A stretch of DNA of 64,000 nt from Podarcis erhardii (Eukaryota): assembly GCA_964252035.1 (NCBI GenBank), contig OZ176210.1; one strand, 5' to 3'. The position numbers and the translations under genes were made by a program. Below, piece after piece: positions 22,528 to 35,657 of the stretch. Under the pieces are notes generated by a model that was given only the letters and a program-made list of their open reading frames with translations, had not been told where the DNA came from and did no database searches. Position 1 is the stretch's first letter. Each line of letters begins with the position of its first letter.

Positions 22528-25500
22528 CCCTGCTCAATAATAATAATAATAATTCTTTAAAAAATTATTGTTTATACCCCACCCATCTGGCTGGGTTTCC
22601 CCATCCACTCTGGGCAGCTTCCAACAAAATATTAAAAATACATTAATACCCAGTGAAGAGCATGTTCTGTCACATGTATTAGACTCAAGACATTGGCTAT
22701 GAAGTCCTCAGCTGCTCCCACCAGCTGGGGTGTGTATGAAACTTAGTGTTGATGTTAAAATCCCTTGGGATCAACAGGGTTCAACACCAAGCTCAAGACC
22801 GCTTTCATCAGGTAGGAAGGCTAGATGAAATACCTACAGTATATTTCCTGAGACCCCCAACACCAGGTTCAACAAAATAGTACAATAAATCAGGACTGAA
22901 AGAGCTTTGTGGCCACAATGTCTTCTTCTGGAGCCCATGCATGTGTGCTAAGGTATAGCTTGGCTTAGTGTTGTGTGCAGACTTGGTTAATGTGCAACTG
23001 TGGCTGCAAGGCCTTAAGCAGGGTTTCTAGCCTGCATGGAACAATGCCTGCCGACCACTGTGTGGCTACTCAGGGGAATAAGCACATGAAGTCTGAAGAG
23101 TTGGGTGCAATAATCTGTTCCAGGCCACTTTGGTTGTACATTGTAGCTACTACAATGACAGCAGAGGGTGGGGTTGCGGTGGAACGTGCTGTTCAATCCA
23201 GCCTGGAGATCTTTAATGATTCTGATGAGTCATTGTTGTGTATTAGCTGAGTCAGTGAAAATATTCCCTTGGTTGCTCACAATTTCCGAATAATTGGTCA
23301 AAGGGCAATAATAATATGAGGATTAGTCAAAGGGTAAGCTCTAATGTGCAAATAGGTCAAACTGAAGCTAGAGTTGTACTGTGGATAAAGGTTTCAGGCT
23401 TGCCTAAAGAATCCTGAGTTCAATTAATTATATACTCTGAGCCGCAAAGAGGATGACTTTGGGGCAGGCACAATCTCTCAGCCTACCTCAGAGTTATTTT
23501 AAGGATAAAAGGGGGAATACCATGGATGTCACCCTGAGTACCTTGGAGGAAGCACGTGGTAATAATGTGGATAATAATTTGTACAGCTAATCTGGTAGCT
23601 GTTATGGTGAGTAACTACTTCTCAGGGTAATTTAAGATACGTAGATCCTCTGATAGGTGGAGAATGACACGGCCCAAAACATAAAAACAGTTTTGCTAAT
23701 TTTAGTTACTCCTTTGTTCCATTTCCCATCCTTTTCTTGTTAGATTGTAAACCAAAACGGGGCTTTCCCCCTCATTTTTTGTATTGCACAAAAGATGCAC
23801 ATGACACTTTACAAACAAACAACTATTATTCTTGGTGCAGCAGCTGTAAGAGAGCCACACTGTGTGTCCTGAAATTGCTACCAAGCCTTCAGTATTGATG
23901 AAAATACCTTTTGGCCTCTTTGCCACATATTTTAAGTTCATAATCTTCACTTCTCCCAGGAATAAGGCACCAACTCTCTCTGTGCTTATTAATTTTACAT
24001 GGCACTTTGAGACAAGTTAATAATAAGATCTAAATCAGTTGGGGAACTGTTTGCATAGATGGGAAACCAAGTGTTAATAGCTCAACCTTGCAGGAAAAGG
24101 CAACGTTTACCCATCTATGACCAAAAAAAAAAAAAAAATTGCAACCAAATATTCCCCTGCTTTCTCTGAAATGCAATTCTAATGCAAGGGAACAAGGGAA
24201 CTCAATAATGTATGATAGAGTTAACCATTAGGGAGCAGGAAACACATGAACAACAAACAACAACAGTAATATATAATTGAGCATCAAATGGCAGTCAAAG
24301 CAATATCACTAACAAAATGTAGGAGAGAGAGGGGCATTTGTGGCTCAACCAATAGCATGGGCAATAGTCTAAGGACCCTTCCAGATATTGTTTTAATTGT
24401 GCATACAATGTGATTTGTGCTCATGATGATATTGGGGTGTTCATATGTGATCCCACTTTCAATACTGTTTGTGCCTAGAAGATTGTGAATAAGATTCATT
24501 TGCCAGTGGGGTCTGCTTCTATACATGGAATGAAAGAGGGGAGTTGAGTATTACTTTGTCCTTTACCTCAGGCAACACAATGTCTTGGGCTGGCCCTGCA
24601 ACAGGGAGGTTGGACCATTGGATCAGCCTGTCTCAATGGCAACTGTCTCACTCAAGAACACTTTACAACTCGAAGGCTCACATTCACTTGCAGTGCTTAA
24701 TTTGAAACTAGGAATGGAAGACAACATTGCCAAAAACTGCTGAGGGAATCGGAGTGTAGAATTGTTCGCAATGAATAATTTATCCAAAAAAATCTACCCC
24801 CTTTTAATGAATTAGCCAGTTGATTTCCAACTATGTTCCCATTTCTCAATAACTCACCTGGGGGCATCATTATACCTATAGCCGCTTCGAGACAAGATTC
24901 TCAAAGGTAGAGTTTGGGCTGGAAAGATTGCATCCTATCTGCAGAGGCAATGCACTTTCAGAAAGAGCCTATGGGAATGGGGCTGGGAGGCCACAGGGAT
25001 TCCACCCCCAGGCCAGAGTAATCAAAGGCTGTATCCTGATTTATTTTTGGAGCAATATTTCCTGACATGTTGGCTTATTTGTGATAGCACACCCTCTCTT
25101 ATGCCTACTGCTGATTAGTCTTCACATCAGTTTTTGTCAGATGCTGATGGAACAATCTCCTTACCGCTACCTTGAATTCCACCCTTAGTTTCTATATATG
25201 TTTCCTTACTGTTTCTCCTTCCTTTCCCCTTAAATACCTGTTTATTTACTTTGTAAACCTGGGTAGATGGGATTATGGTAAACAAAGGCCGTATGGAGTA
25301 CAGCACCTTGCTTTCAGGCGCTTGAGAAATATTGTTGTTATTCTGCTCCATCTTCAGATGTCTCAGGTTCCATAATTTAGCAGCGCACTATGTTTGCTGT
25401 GGAACTGGGCTTAGCAACAGCCCTGTCAGACTGCTCTCCCTAAAGTGCCATTAACGTTCATCGACGTCATTAAGCATCTTGGGTGTGGAGCCCCAGAAAC

Positions 25501-25988
25501 TTTCACAACATGAGCTAAGGCTATTAAATATAAACCCTCCCAAGTCCTTACCACACCCGATGCCATGACATCAAAACGGAAGTATCTGACCCTAGTACCC
25601 GACCCCAGCCAGAGCTCAAATGATCTTAATGCCAATGACCTTTTCCTATCCTGGATTGCAGCCATGGGATCTCATTCATTCCCCATCTTTCTTCCAAGGA
25701 GCTCAAGGCAACATATATTGTTCCCCAATTTTCTCCAATATGCCAGGTTAGAGATAGTGACCAGCTCCCAGTTCCCCATTAAACTCCATGACTGAACTGG
25801 GATATGAATCTGAGTCTCCCCTAGCCCTCCTCTGCCACTATACCATTCTGATTGAAATTGATCCCTTGGTTCACCAGCTATCCCTCCTGGTCAAGGGCAG
25901 GAGTGGAATCTGAAAAATATGCAACCTGGTTTGCTTTCAATCTATAGGACCTTCAATTTTTTCTTCCAAGACCCAACCTAGTTTAGAG

Positions 25989-26022
<34 letters not shown>

Positions 26023-26046
26023 TACATTACATTACATTACATTACA
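25989..26046. repeat. (AC)n followed by (ATTAC)n microsatellite
   Basis: seen directly. Confidence 0.95.
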
Positions 26047-26459
26047 TAAAAATAGACACAGCATTCTGGGATGGGTAGGGCCCAGCAGCATAATGGGGAT
26101 GCAAACAGTGGTGGAGCATATGCCCACGTTGCACAGGACAGGCATGCTCCCAAGGGGGATAGGGCGCAGACAGTGCCCTCCCAGGTGTGGGATAGCCACT
26201 CGGGTGCATGGACACTGCAGCTGGGGGCGGAGCGAGCCGCTCATGGGGGTGGAGTGAGCCACCGGTGGCGGACATTCAGCATGCCGCCCGTGACTGCCAA
26301 ATGTCACCCCCTTCAGCAAAGACACCTGGGGCAGTCCGCCCCCACTGCACCCCCATCCCTGGGTGCAAATTAGCCATTCCCTAGTAACCCAGGTTGCTCA
26401 TTGAATGAGCAGGGAGCAAAATAAAATCTCTCTTCCTCAGCCAGATCTGTATGAGAGTG

Positions 26460-26676
26460 TTAGTTACAGATAGGTAGCCGTGTTGGTCTGCCATAGTCAA
26501 AACAAAACAAATTCCTTCCAGTAGCACCTTAAAGACCAACTAAGTCAGTTCTTGGTATGAGCTTTCGTGTGCATGCACACTGTATCTGAAGAAGTGTGCA
26601 TGCACACGAAAGCTCATACCAAGAACTGACTTAGTTGGTCTTTAAGGTGCTACTGGAAGGAATTTGTTTTGTTTTG
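26460..26676 (+). mobile_element. Penelope-like element terminal remnant, inverted duplication
   Basis: 83 bp perfect inverted arms at 26498-26580 and 26594-26676; TSD tgtatgagagtg at 26448-26459 and 26675-26686; homolog at 53055. Confidence 0.85.
26582..26619 (+). ncRNA. minimal type I hammerhead ribozyme motif (Penelope-associated)
   Basis: GTAT-CTGAAGA-A-GTGTG(CATG)CACAC-GAA-AGCT-C-ATAC: stem I GTAT/ATAC, core CUGANGA...GAAA, palindromic AGCU helix III, UC cleavage site. Confidence 0.75.
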
Positions 26677-28185
26677 TATGAGAGTGGACTGTGTGCCTTG
26701 TAGGTGTGCATGCAAAACTGTTCACAAGTGAATGTGGGGTGGACACACCCACTTTTGGCCACACCCACCACTAGCATACACACACAAACACACCAGGTGT
26801 TGACAGAGGATGGATGTGTCAGCCTTTGGGCCTGAAAAAATTAGCAACTCCATTTTTAAATAATGTTCCACCATGCAGAAACCTTTAAGCATTGTAGAAA
26901 GCATTTGCAGAATGTAGAAAATCTCTTTGTCATGTGTGATCCTTCTCTCTTGCACTAACTAAGGCTGGCCATCAGAATGAGGGACAGTGGGAGAACTTGT
27001 ATTGAATGATAACACTATCTTTTTTTTCTAGGCTTTCATTCACCCAAGAACTAAAGAGGCTTCTTCAGTGTGTATGCATGGCCAAGAGAATGTGCACTTA
27101 AATGAGCATCAATTTTTTATTCTTATTTTATGGATGGTGGTTACACATACCCTACACTGCTGCAGGGGAGTCTGGAAAGAAACAGTTTGACAATTCAAAT
27201 GTAGACAGCAAATGGGACTGAGATCTGAGTTTTCGCAGCTAGCTAGCAGCGAGGTGCCTGGGGTGCAAGACATCCTGTGGCATCCTGCTCCCTCCTGTTC
27301 AAATGGAAGGAACACTGGGAAAACTCAATCTTTGCAAATTTCAGGAGAAGCTGACCAGAACTTGTACCTCCTAGAATAATATGCAGATTGGAACTTGGTT
27401 ACCTGTCATTTCCCAAATGTTCAAGCATAGTTCTTGGCTCAAAAATGCATGTTTTGAGAGAATGTACATTTAAAAATACATATTTAAATGCCAATCTTCT
27501 GTTGGTTTTTGTTTTATTTTTTAATTGCAGATTGAAGCAGAAACAGGACAGGATAGGCATATGGGTAAACACGTGTGGAAATGACACACACCAGAAATAA
27601 ACTGCTTCACCCTTCCCTACTCGTGAGTTCATAAATAAACAGTTATGAAACTCGGACACCACCACTCTTTTCTTCCACTGAAACTGACCCTGCAAAAAGG
27701 CTTACTCATTGAACCTTTTGCTGCTCTAGGAAATGAGAAGCATCACATGCTATTTTCTCTCCTCAGCCATTACTCTGCTTATATATGGGCACTTTCAGCA
27801 GTGTTAATACTAATAGGGGGACACTTATAGGCCACTGAAGACTAGAATGGCATGACGAAGTGAAGTGACACACTTCACTAGAGGCACCAGCCGATATCTT
27901 TTTACCAAAACAGCACATAGATTTTTTTAAAGCCTCGGTGGGATTCATTATTGTAGCGCCTTGTTCACATCAGCATATTTTAAAGATGTGTCATCCTTTA
28001 CATTATAGGCCTCTGTCTTTCAGTGTTTGCTAATTTGAGTGGCAAAAGATATTGTGCCAACATTCACAGATTCAAGTCATTAAAAAGAAAAGTGTTTCTG
28101 GAACGAGACAAAAGAACAATGTGATGTTATTGTCTTCGTGACAGACAAACCTTTCAAAATGAAGAAACAGTAGATGTGTTTATAT

Positions 28186-28190
<5 letters not shown>

Positions 28191-28221
<31 letters not shown>
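28191..28221. repeat. (TG)n microsatellite
   Basis: seen directly. Confidence 0.95.
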
Positions 28222-28222
<1 letters not shown>

Positions 28223-28561
28223 TGTGTAAACTCCCAGGTCCAGTTCCTAACATCTTCAGCTGACTTGAAAGGCTTTGAAATATGGATGCTGCCAGTTCAT
28301 TAATTTATTTGGAGCATTTCTTCCCTGCCCTTGAGCCAATGAGGCTCCCAGAGCAGCAAACACCAAGAGCAGATGTGAGTCAAAGTACCATTCCACCCAT
28401 CCGCCCTGGAGGTTTCCTAGCCATGGATCTGGAGCTTGGTGTAGATAATATGTTGATGACATTCAGCAATATTCCTCTTTTCATCTGAGATGGGGAGGCT
28501 GTTCAGGTCCCCTTGGCCCAATGCCTGGATGCAGTGGGAGGAAGGAGGTGGGGGGACCAGA

Positions 28562-31441
28562 AAGAAATGGACATTGATAAATTTTTGAAAATAAATGGAT
28601 TACAAAAAATTTCTCAAGAAAATAAATTAATGCTGGATTATAAAATAACGGAACAGGAAGTAGAAGGGGCCATTCAGAATATGCAATTAGGTAAATCCCC
28701 AGGACCGGATGGACTGTCTTCTAGATATTACAGATCTTTGAAAGAATGGTTAATACAACCTTTAAAGGAAGTCTGTAATGAAATAATGGAAGGGAAAAGG
28801 GCGCCAGAGTTGCGGAAGGAAGCGTACATCACACTTATTCCGAAAACAGAGACTGAAAAGATGCAGCTTAAGAACTACCGCCCCATATCACTGCTTAATG
28901 TGGATTACAAAATCTTTGCAGACATTTTGGCTAAAAGATTTAAAAAGGTGTTAGCAGAAGAAATTCATAAAGATCAGGCAGGTTTTCTCCCGGGTAGACA
29001 TTTGTCTGACAATACGAGGAATATAATCAATATTTTAGAAAAGTTACAAGTGAAGATTAATACTAAAGCAGTTTTGATCTTTGTGGAAGCGGAGAAAGCC
29101 TTTGACAATATTTCTTGGAGTTTTATGAAGAAGAACTTATCGGGGATGGGGGTTGGTCAAGGTTTTGGAAACAGTATAGGTGCAATTTATTCAGAAGAAA
29201 AGGCTAAATTAATTGTGAACAACGTAGTGATGGAAGAATTTAAGATTGAGAAAGGAACACGACAAGGTTGCCCAATCTCTCCATTGCTTTTTATATCGGT
29301 CCTGGAAGTTTTGTTAAATATGATTAATAGGGACCAATTGGTAAAAGGTATACAGGTGGGAGCCAAGCAGTACAAATTGAAAGCATTTGCTGATGATTTG
29401 GTATTGACTTTACAGGAGCCAGAATCAAGCACTAAAAGAGTATTAGAACTGATTCAACAATTTGGTCAGGTAGCAGGCTTTAAGTTGAATAAGATGAAAA
29501 CTAAAGTTTTAGAGAAAAATTTAACTGAGATTGAGAGAGATAAGTTTCAGAAGGAGACAGGATTGACACTGGTTAAGATAGTGAAATATCTAGGGGTTAA
29601 CATGACTGCCAAAAATGTGAATTTATTTAAGGATAATTATGAAAAATGTTGGACTGAAGTGAAAAAAGATTTAGAAATATGGTCAAATTTGAAGCTATCG
29701 CTGTTAGGCCGAATTGCTGTGATAAAAATGAATGTATTGCCAAGAATGTTGTTTCTGTTTCAAACATTGCAAATTTTGGATAAAATGGATTGTTTTAAGA
29801 AGTGGCAGAGAGATATCTCTAGATTTGTCTAGCAGGGCAAGAAATTTAAGATATTAACAGATGCTAAAGAAAGAGGTGGATTTGCCCTGCCAGACCTTAA
29901 ACTTTATTATGAGTCAGCCGCATTCTGCTGGCTGAGAGAATGGATGCTTCTTGAAAACACTGACGTGTTGGATTTGGAAGGTTTCAACAATGTATTTGGT
30001 TGGCATGCATATCTGTGGTATGATAAGGTTAAAGTACATAAAGTGTTCAAAAGCCATATTGTTAGAAAAGCATTGTTTAATGTTTGGATAAGATACAAGG
30101 ATTTGTTAGAAAATAAAACCCCAAGATGGTTGTCACCAATGGAAGCAAAGGCCCAGAAAAAACTCAGTATGGAGGCTAAATGGCTGAAGTATTGGAACAA
30201 GAGGGAGACAGACTAAAATTGCAGAGTTTTGAAAAATTAAAAAACAGAGTACGAGATTGGCTCCATTATTATCAAATAATGGAGGCATATAATTTGGACA
30301 AAAAAATTGGCTTCCAAGTGGAAAAATCAAAATTGGAAACAGAACTGTTAGACTCTAAAGTTAAGAATTTGTCAAGAATGTATAACCTGCTGTTGAAATG
30401 GAACACTCAAGATGAAATAGTGAAATCTGCTATGATTACATGGGCACAAGATGTGGGACATAATATCATGATGGCTGACTGGGAACAGTTATGGACTACT
30501 GGTATGAAATTTACGGCATGCAATGCCTTAAAAGAGAATTTAATGAAAATGATCTATAGGTGGTACATAACACCAGTCAAGCTTGCAAAAATTTACCATT
30601 TGCCTGACAATAAATGCTGGAAATGTAAGGAGACAGAAGGTACTTTTTTTCACCTTTGGTGGACATGCCCAAAGATTAAGGCATTCTGGGAGATGATCTA
30701 TAATGAAATGAAAAAGGTATTTAAATATACCTTTCTGAAGAAACCAGAGGTTTGGGCATGGTCGGCCAATTGGTGCCAAAGAAAGATAGAACGTTTTTTA
30801 TGTATGCCACAACAGCAGCAAGAATACTTATTGCAAAGTATTGGAAGACGCAAGACCTATCTACCAGGGAAGAATGGCAGATGAAACTGATGGACTACAT
30901 GGAAATGGCGGAAACAACTGGTAGAATCTGAGACCAGGGAGAAGAGTCGATGGAAGAAGATTGGAAAAAATTTAAAGTATATTTTAAAAAATATTGTAAA
31001 ATTAATGAATGTTAGAAAGACGCTGGAGTGAATTTACATGGTCTTAGCAGAAAGGTTGTAAAGAATTAAGTTAAATTGGATTGTTAATGGGTTAAAGTGA
31101 AAAATTCAAGGTTAAATTGTGTTAAGATAAATTTATGGAACAAAATCTGAGAAAGAGGGAAAGGACTTGCTGAAACAATTATGAATTAGAATACAAAAAG
31201 GGAGGCGTGAGGAAGTCAAGGAAATAAGTAAATGAAGGATAAAGATATGAAAATACTGGATGTTAGTGTTTTTTAAATGTTATTGTTATTGTTTAGCTGT
31301 ATTGTTGTTGTTTTTTCTATTTAGTATTGTATCTTCTTTATAGTTTTGAAGTATTGTAAAAAAAAATTCCCCTTATTATTATTGTCTGTTTTTCTTTTAT
31401 TTGTAATTGTTAAACCTTAATAAATATTTTTTTTTAAAAAA
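28562..31441 (+). mobile_element. 5'-truncated L1-clade LINE: decayed ORF2 (reverse transcriptase plus C-terminal Cys/His motif), 3' UTR and A tail
   Basis: NYRPISLLNVDYK, AEKAFD, GTRQGCPISPLLF, AFADDL and CWKC...FFHLWWTC motifs; premature stop at 29830-29832 and frameshifts; AATAAA near 31419. Confidence 0.95.
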
Positions 31442-31678
31442 AGAAGAGGTGAAGCTAAATCCTGACAACAAGATGGAGGTCCAGTGGGCAAATGGATCTG
31501 GAAATCAAGTGAGTTGTTTTTCTGGACAACGTTGCACTCTCCTTGAGGGGTGGGTTGTTTGGGGGGTAGGATGCTCATTGGTGGACTAAATGCCTGCAGT
31601 TGCTAGGAACACAGACCCTCCAAGTCTCCCTATTTTCCAGGGACAGTCCCAGATTTACAGAAGCCCCTCCTCTCCCCA

Positions 31679-31978
31679 CAGGGGAGCCAACTAGGGCCCC
31701 AGGTTATGGGTGCCCAGCATGTGTGACATGGCCTTGGAAAGAATGTCGGAGGTCTCACAAGGCCTCAGTTGCTTTCTGAGGCCTTCCAAGACCTCAGAAC
31801 CTGACTTCTGGTGGCTCTGGAAGTCAGGTTCCAAGGCCTCAGAAGGCCTCAGAAAGCATCTCTGAGGCATCTTTGAGATGCTGTCTGACGCCTTGCAAGA
31901 CCTTGGAAGTTGCATGAGGGCCCTGCCCAAAATTTTGTGAGTGCTCCGGCACTGAGCCCCCCATACATGGCGCCCCTG
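31679..31978. mobile_element. hAT MITE nested in the accctccaa MITE
   Basis: TIRs caggggagcca / tggcgcccctg; 8 bp TSD tctcccca / tctcccct; repeated AGGCCTCAGA motifs. Confidence 0.8.
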
Positions 31979-32350
31979 TCTCCCCTCTCTTCTTCCCCGA
32001 CCTTACTGTATACAACACTAATGTCTCGAATCAAATGTAACTGATCCATAGAAAAGACTTTACAACCTGAAAGAAGAGACAATGCACATACTTTTGTAAA
32101 CCAAGAAAATCTTTAATATCTTTATTTTTTTTAAAGTTGGCATAGAAGGTTACAGGTTAACCACCTAGAGTGAGAGAAGTGCCTGTCCAGGAAGCATTGC
32201 CATGACTTTGAATCAGCTTTGTGCGCCTTCAGTGACATCACCATGTAAGCAAATTGTCCTGGCAATATGACACTTTTACTGGAATGAGAAAACACAATTT
32301 AGAGAAACAGCCAATGCGCCGCCCCTCCCCCCCCCACACACACACTTTTG

Positions 32351-32516
32351 CTGAAATTTAGACAAGCGGCCTTCCTGTTTATTTCCTTTCCCCCCAGAAG
32401 TTGTTTTCATATTCTATGTTCTACAGTTGTTATGCAAAACACAATATGTAAAGCAACTTCTGGGGGCAGGGGGGCGGGGAGGAAATAAAAAACAAGTGTG
32501 CTTGTCTAAATTCCAG
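32351..32516. repeat. old imperfect palindrome, probably a MITE
   Basis: aatttagacaagc / gcttgtctaaatt and cccccagaagttg / caacttctggggg. Confidence 0.65.
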
Positions 32517-33358
32517 AAAATGCTTTACATGTTGTTGCTTTCAGACATTTATTAGAATGCATGGCTGCAACATAAATATTTCATCTCCCTCTGACTAGAT
32601 ATCAGTCGCATTGCTATAGAACAGAACGAAACACTAAAAGCACAAATATTGCAAACACCTTTAAAATGTTTCTGTTTTCTAGGTGAGGTTTCTGTTTGAC
32701 AGCCAAACAATTCATACAACCAAAGCTTGGGATTCTTTCAATGTGTTCTGCAAGAGCAGACTGCCTTTGTAAGCAGCTTTGATTGTTATATAGAAAAGCA
32801 GGGTGGAAATTCCACCAAACAGAGAGAGAGAGAGAGAGCGCGCAAGGAAAACAGCCTTACCACTCTGTGGCCCCTTCTGCATTAAGTGGGAAATAGCACT
32901 CAAACAAAATTATGCATGAGTGCTGGTTATTGCATGAAGGGGTTAAGACTACAGAGCTGTGTTCCTAGACTCGGTTAGGTCACGCCCCCTCACCTCCAGT
33001 GAGGGAGGAAGTGAAGCTGCTTCTCTTCCTTTCCTCATTCTCTTTGCTCCAGGTAATCAACCAGGAAGGACATGTCTGAGCTTGCTCCACCTTGAAGCTA
33101 ACTTTCTGTATTTTGTACCCAGAAGTATTCTACATGTATTCTACCTGTTGCATGGAACAATGCATGAATCAGATCTTCAGATTTGTAAGTAAATCATTTT
33201 AAAGTTACTTAACAGCGTTCATTACTGAGGGGGGGGGCAAGCACTATAAGCAGACTAAACTAGATGTGAAAAGGGGTCTCACAACCTATATTACCATGCT
33301 ATACTGCTGCTTAACTTTGTGACTGTTTTAAACTTCGATGGGGGCTCTCTCCTACTGG

Positions 33359-33800
33359 AGAGATGCAGCCTAGAATAGCATTATCTATTTTTGCTGCTGC
33401 ATCATACTGTTGACTCATGTTAAGCTTGTGGTCTACTAAGAACCCTTGATCCTTTTTACATGTAGTACTGGAAAGCCAGGTGTTCTCCATCCAGTATTTG
33501 TGCAGCTGCTTCTTCCTGCCTAAGTGTAGAACCTCACATTTGTCCCTATTCAAATTCATTTTGTTGGTTTGGGCCCAGTTCTCCAGTCGGTTAAGGTCAT
33601 CTGTCTTCTGCAACATTAGCTACCCCTCCCATTTTGGTGGCTCCTGCGAATCTCGTGAGCATCCCTTCAATTCTTTCGTCCAAGTCATTTATAAAGACAT
33701 TGAACAACAACAGGCCCAAGACAGAACCCTGTGACACCCCACGTGTCACTTTTCCCCCAGGATGATGAGGAGCCATTTGTGAGTGCTCTTTGGGTTTGGT
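33359..33800 (-). mobile_element. CR1 LINE ORF2 fragment
   Basis: DLNRLENWAQTNKMNLNRDKCEVLHLGRK...VDHKLNMSQQ. Confidence 0.9.
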
Positions 33801-35657
33801 GAGGCAGCAGTTTTGAGTGGAGGAGTGACATGGGGGACGTGGGATTTAACATTTTTCCTATTGGTCATTTCACCAGTCAGTATCCCATTCCCAAGTTGCT
33901 TTCCCTCTCACCTGTATAGGGGGGAAATGACCTGAGGGACATTTTGAGTGGGAAAATGGTTGGCTGGGGAAGGGTTAAGCACTATCATCTTGTGCCATCA
34001 GCAAGCCTCCCTCGAGGCTCTTTTTTATTAAAAACAAATTAACAATTGGGGATAATGTCTAGTTTGCTCCTTAGAAAGAAAGGCAAGGCTCATTTATGTA
34101 GGTAGGCTTTTAGTGTCTGTGCAGTAATTATAAATTGATGCCTGTAATTGTTCTTGCTGCTCGGTGGATTATGCTGCTTATTTGTTTGTTTTAAATAATT
34201 CAATATTTTAAATTATGCCTGTAATTTTCCAAGAACCACCGGACACTGGGATATAAAGGTAACTTAACTTTGAGTGGAAACTTTGAGTGGAAACAGAGAC
34301 ATATCTATCTGAGAATGTCCAAATGTCTGAAATACAGTATTATGAGCTGGGCTGTATGTGTGGAAGGAAGGAGGGAGGGAGGGAGGGAGAAGAGGAAATG
34401 CTTTGCAAAAGCTATCCAAAATCTGCACACTATAAATTCTGCAAATCAAGTGAATTTTAATATTTTTCTTACTTTGCATACAGTAATTTATTCTGATTTT
34501 TCAGTCATCAGTGTAACAAAGTGAGACATGCAGTACTGAAGTCCCATTGTCAATTTTACTCAGTCCTCCTCAGGTTTATGAGATTTCATCAGGTATTAGC
34601 CATACACTTTCCCTGAGAATAAATAGAATTAGAAATGGTTGGGGTTTTTTTAAGTACCCCCTCCCCCGAGATTCTCAAGGAAATGGATTCTGTACCCAAT
34701 ATCACATTCAGTAGATTTTTGCACCCCTGAAGAAATATGCTGATAAGCGTAATTGTTGCTTACCAGCAACAAAGTTCCTGTTGATTTCTCTTACTGAGTG
34801 CCCTACAGTTACCAAGCATGTGCTGAGAAACATACCCAAATCTGCAATCCTCGATGACGCAGCCTGATCAGCTTCCCAAACTTCCCTTTTTACGATGGCT
34901 GCTTGCAAAGCGTAACGGATGTTGAGCAACTATTGCTGTGCCATTGCCAGTAACTAATAAGCGTTCTCACAGGATGGAGGTAGCTGACAGAAGAGCAAAT
35001 GTGCTGACAAATTAAGAAATCCAAATTCTTAGCCGATGGCAACAAAATCAACGTTCCCTTGGCTCAGGCAGGAGATGCGCAAACGGTCGCTCTAATGCAG
35101 GAGCATGGTTTAATATAATTCAAATATGCAATGGGAGAGGACAGAAGCTGATGGAATTCAGGGATGTCTGACAGCATCTTAACACTATCAGATCAGCTGT
35201 GATGGGAAGGCATGTGAGCGGACTGTGCAGATCAGGAGCGCATACGCAAGAATCCAACCTTTTGAGTGTGCTTGACACAAAACTGCATTATACAAATTGG
35301 AGAACATGGTCAACCTGTGGCCAGCCAGATGCATGTGGGAAACTGACAAGGAGGACCCAAGCGCTCTCCCTACCTGTGGCTTCCACAAACATTACTGCCT
35401 CTAGCCATGGAGATCTAGCATAGTCATAAAGGCCATTGACAGCCTGAGTTATTTATTTTGTTACCCTTGTCTCTCTTCTTCCTCTTCACTCCCTTCTTCC
35501 TTCCCTTCGTCATCACCTTCCTTTTGCCAAAATGTACATTTTAGCTCCCCAGATCAGGAAACTTCTCACTTTTACAATCCTGCAAAAAACTGGTAATGGC
35601 ACAAACAAAAAAACAACCCATAATGCTCAGAATACACAGTCCTAACACAAAGAAAAA

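Noticed and set aside
26556-26580. Second hammerhead on the opposite strand of each fold-back
   Set aside because: Truncated before the CUGANGA core, so it cannot form the catalytic centre
28513-30884. 439 aa and 234 aa ORFs as a host gene or active RT
   Set aside because: Fragments of one L1 ORF2 with a stop and frameshifts; 5'-truncated, no ORF1 or endonuclease
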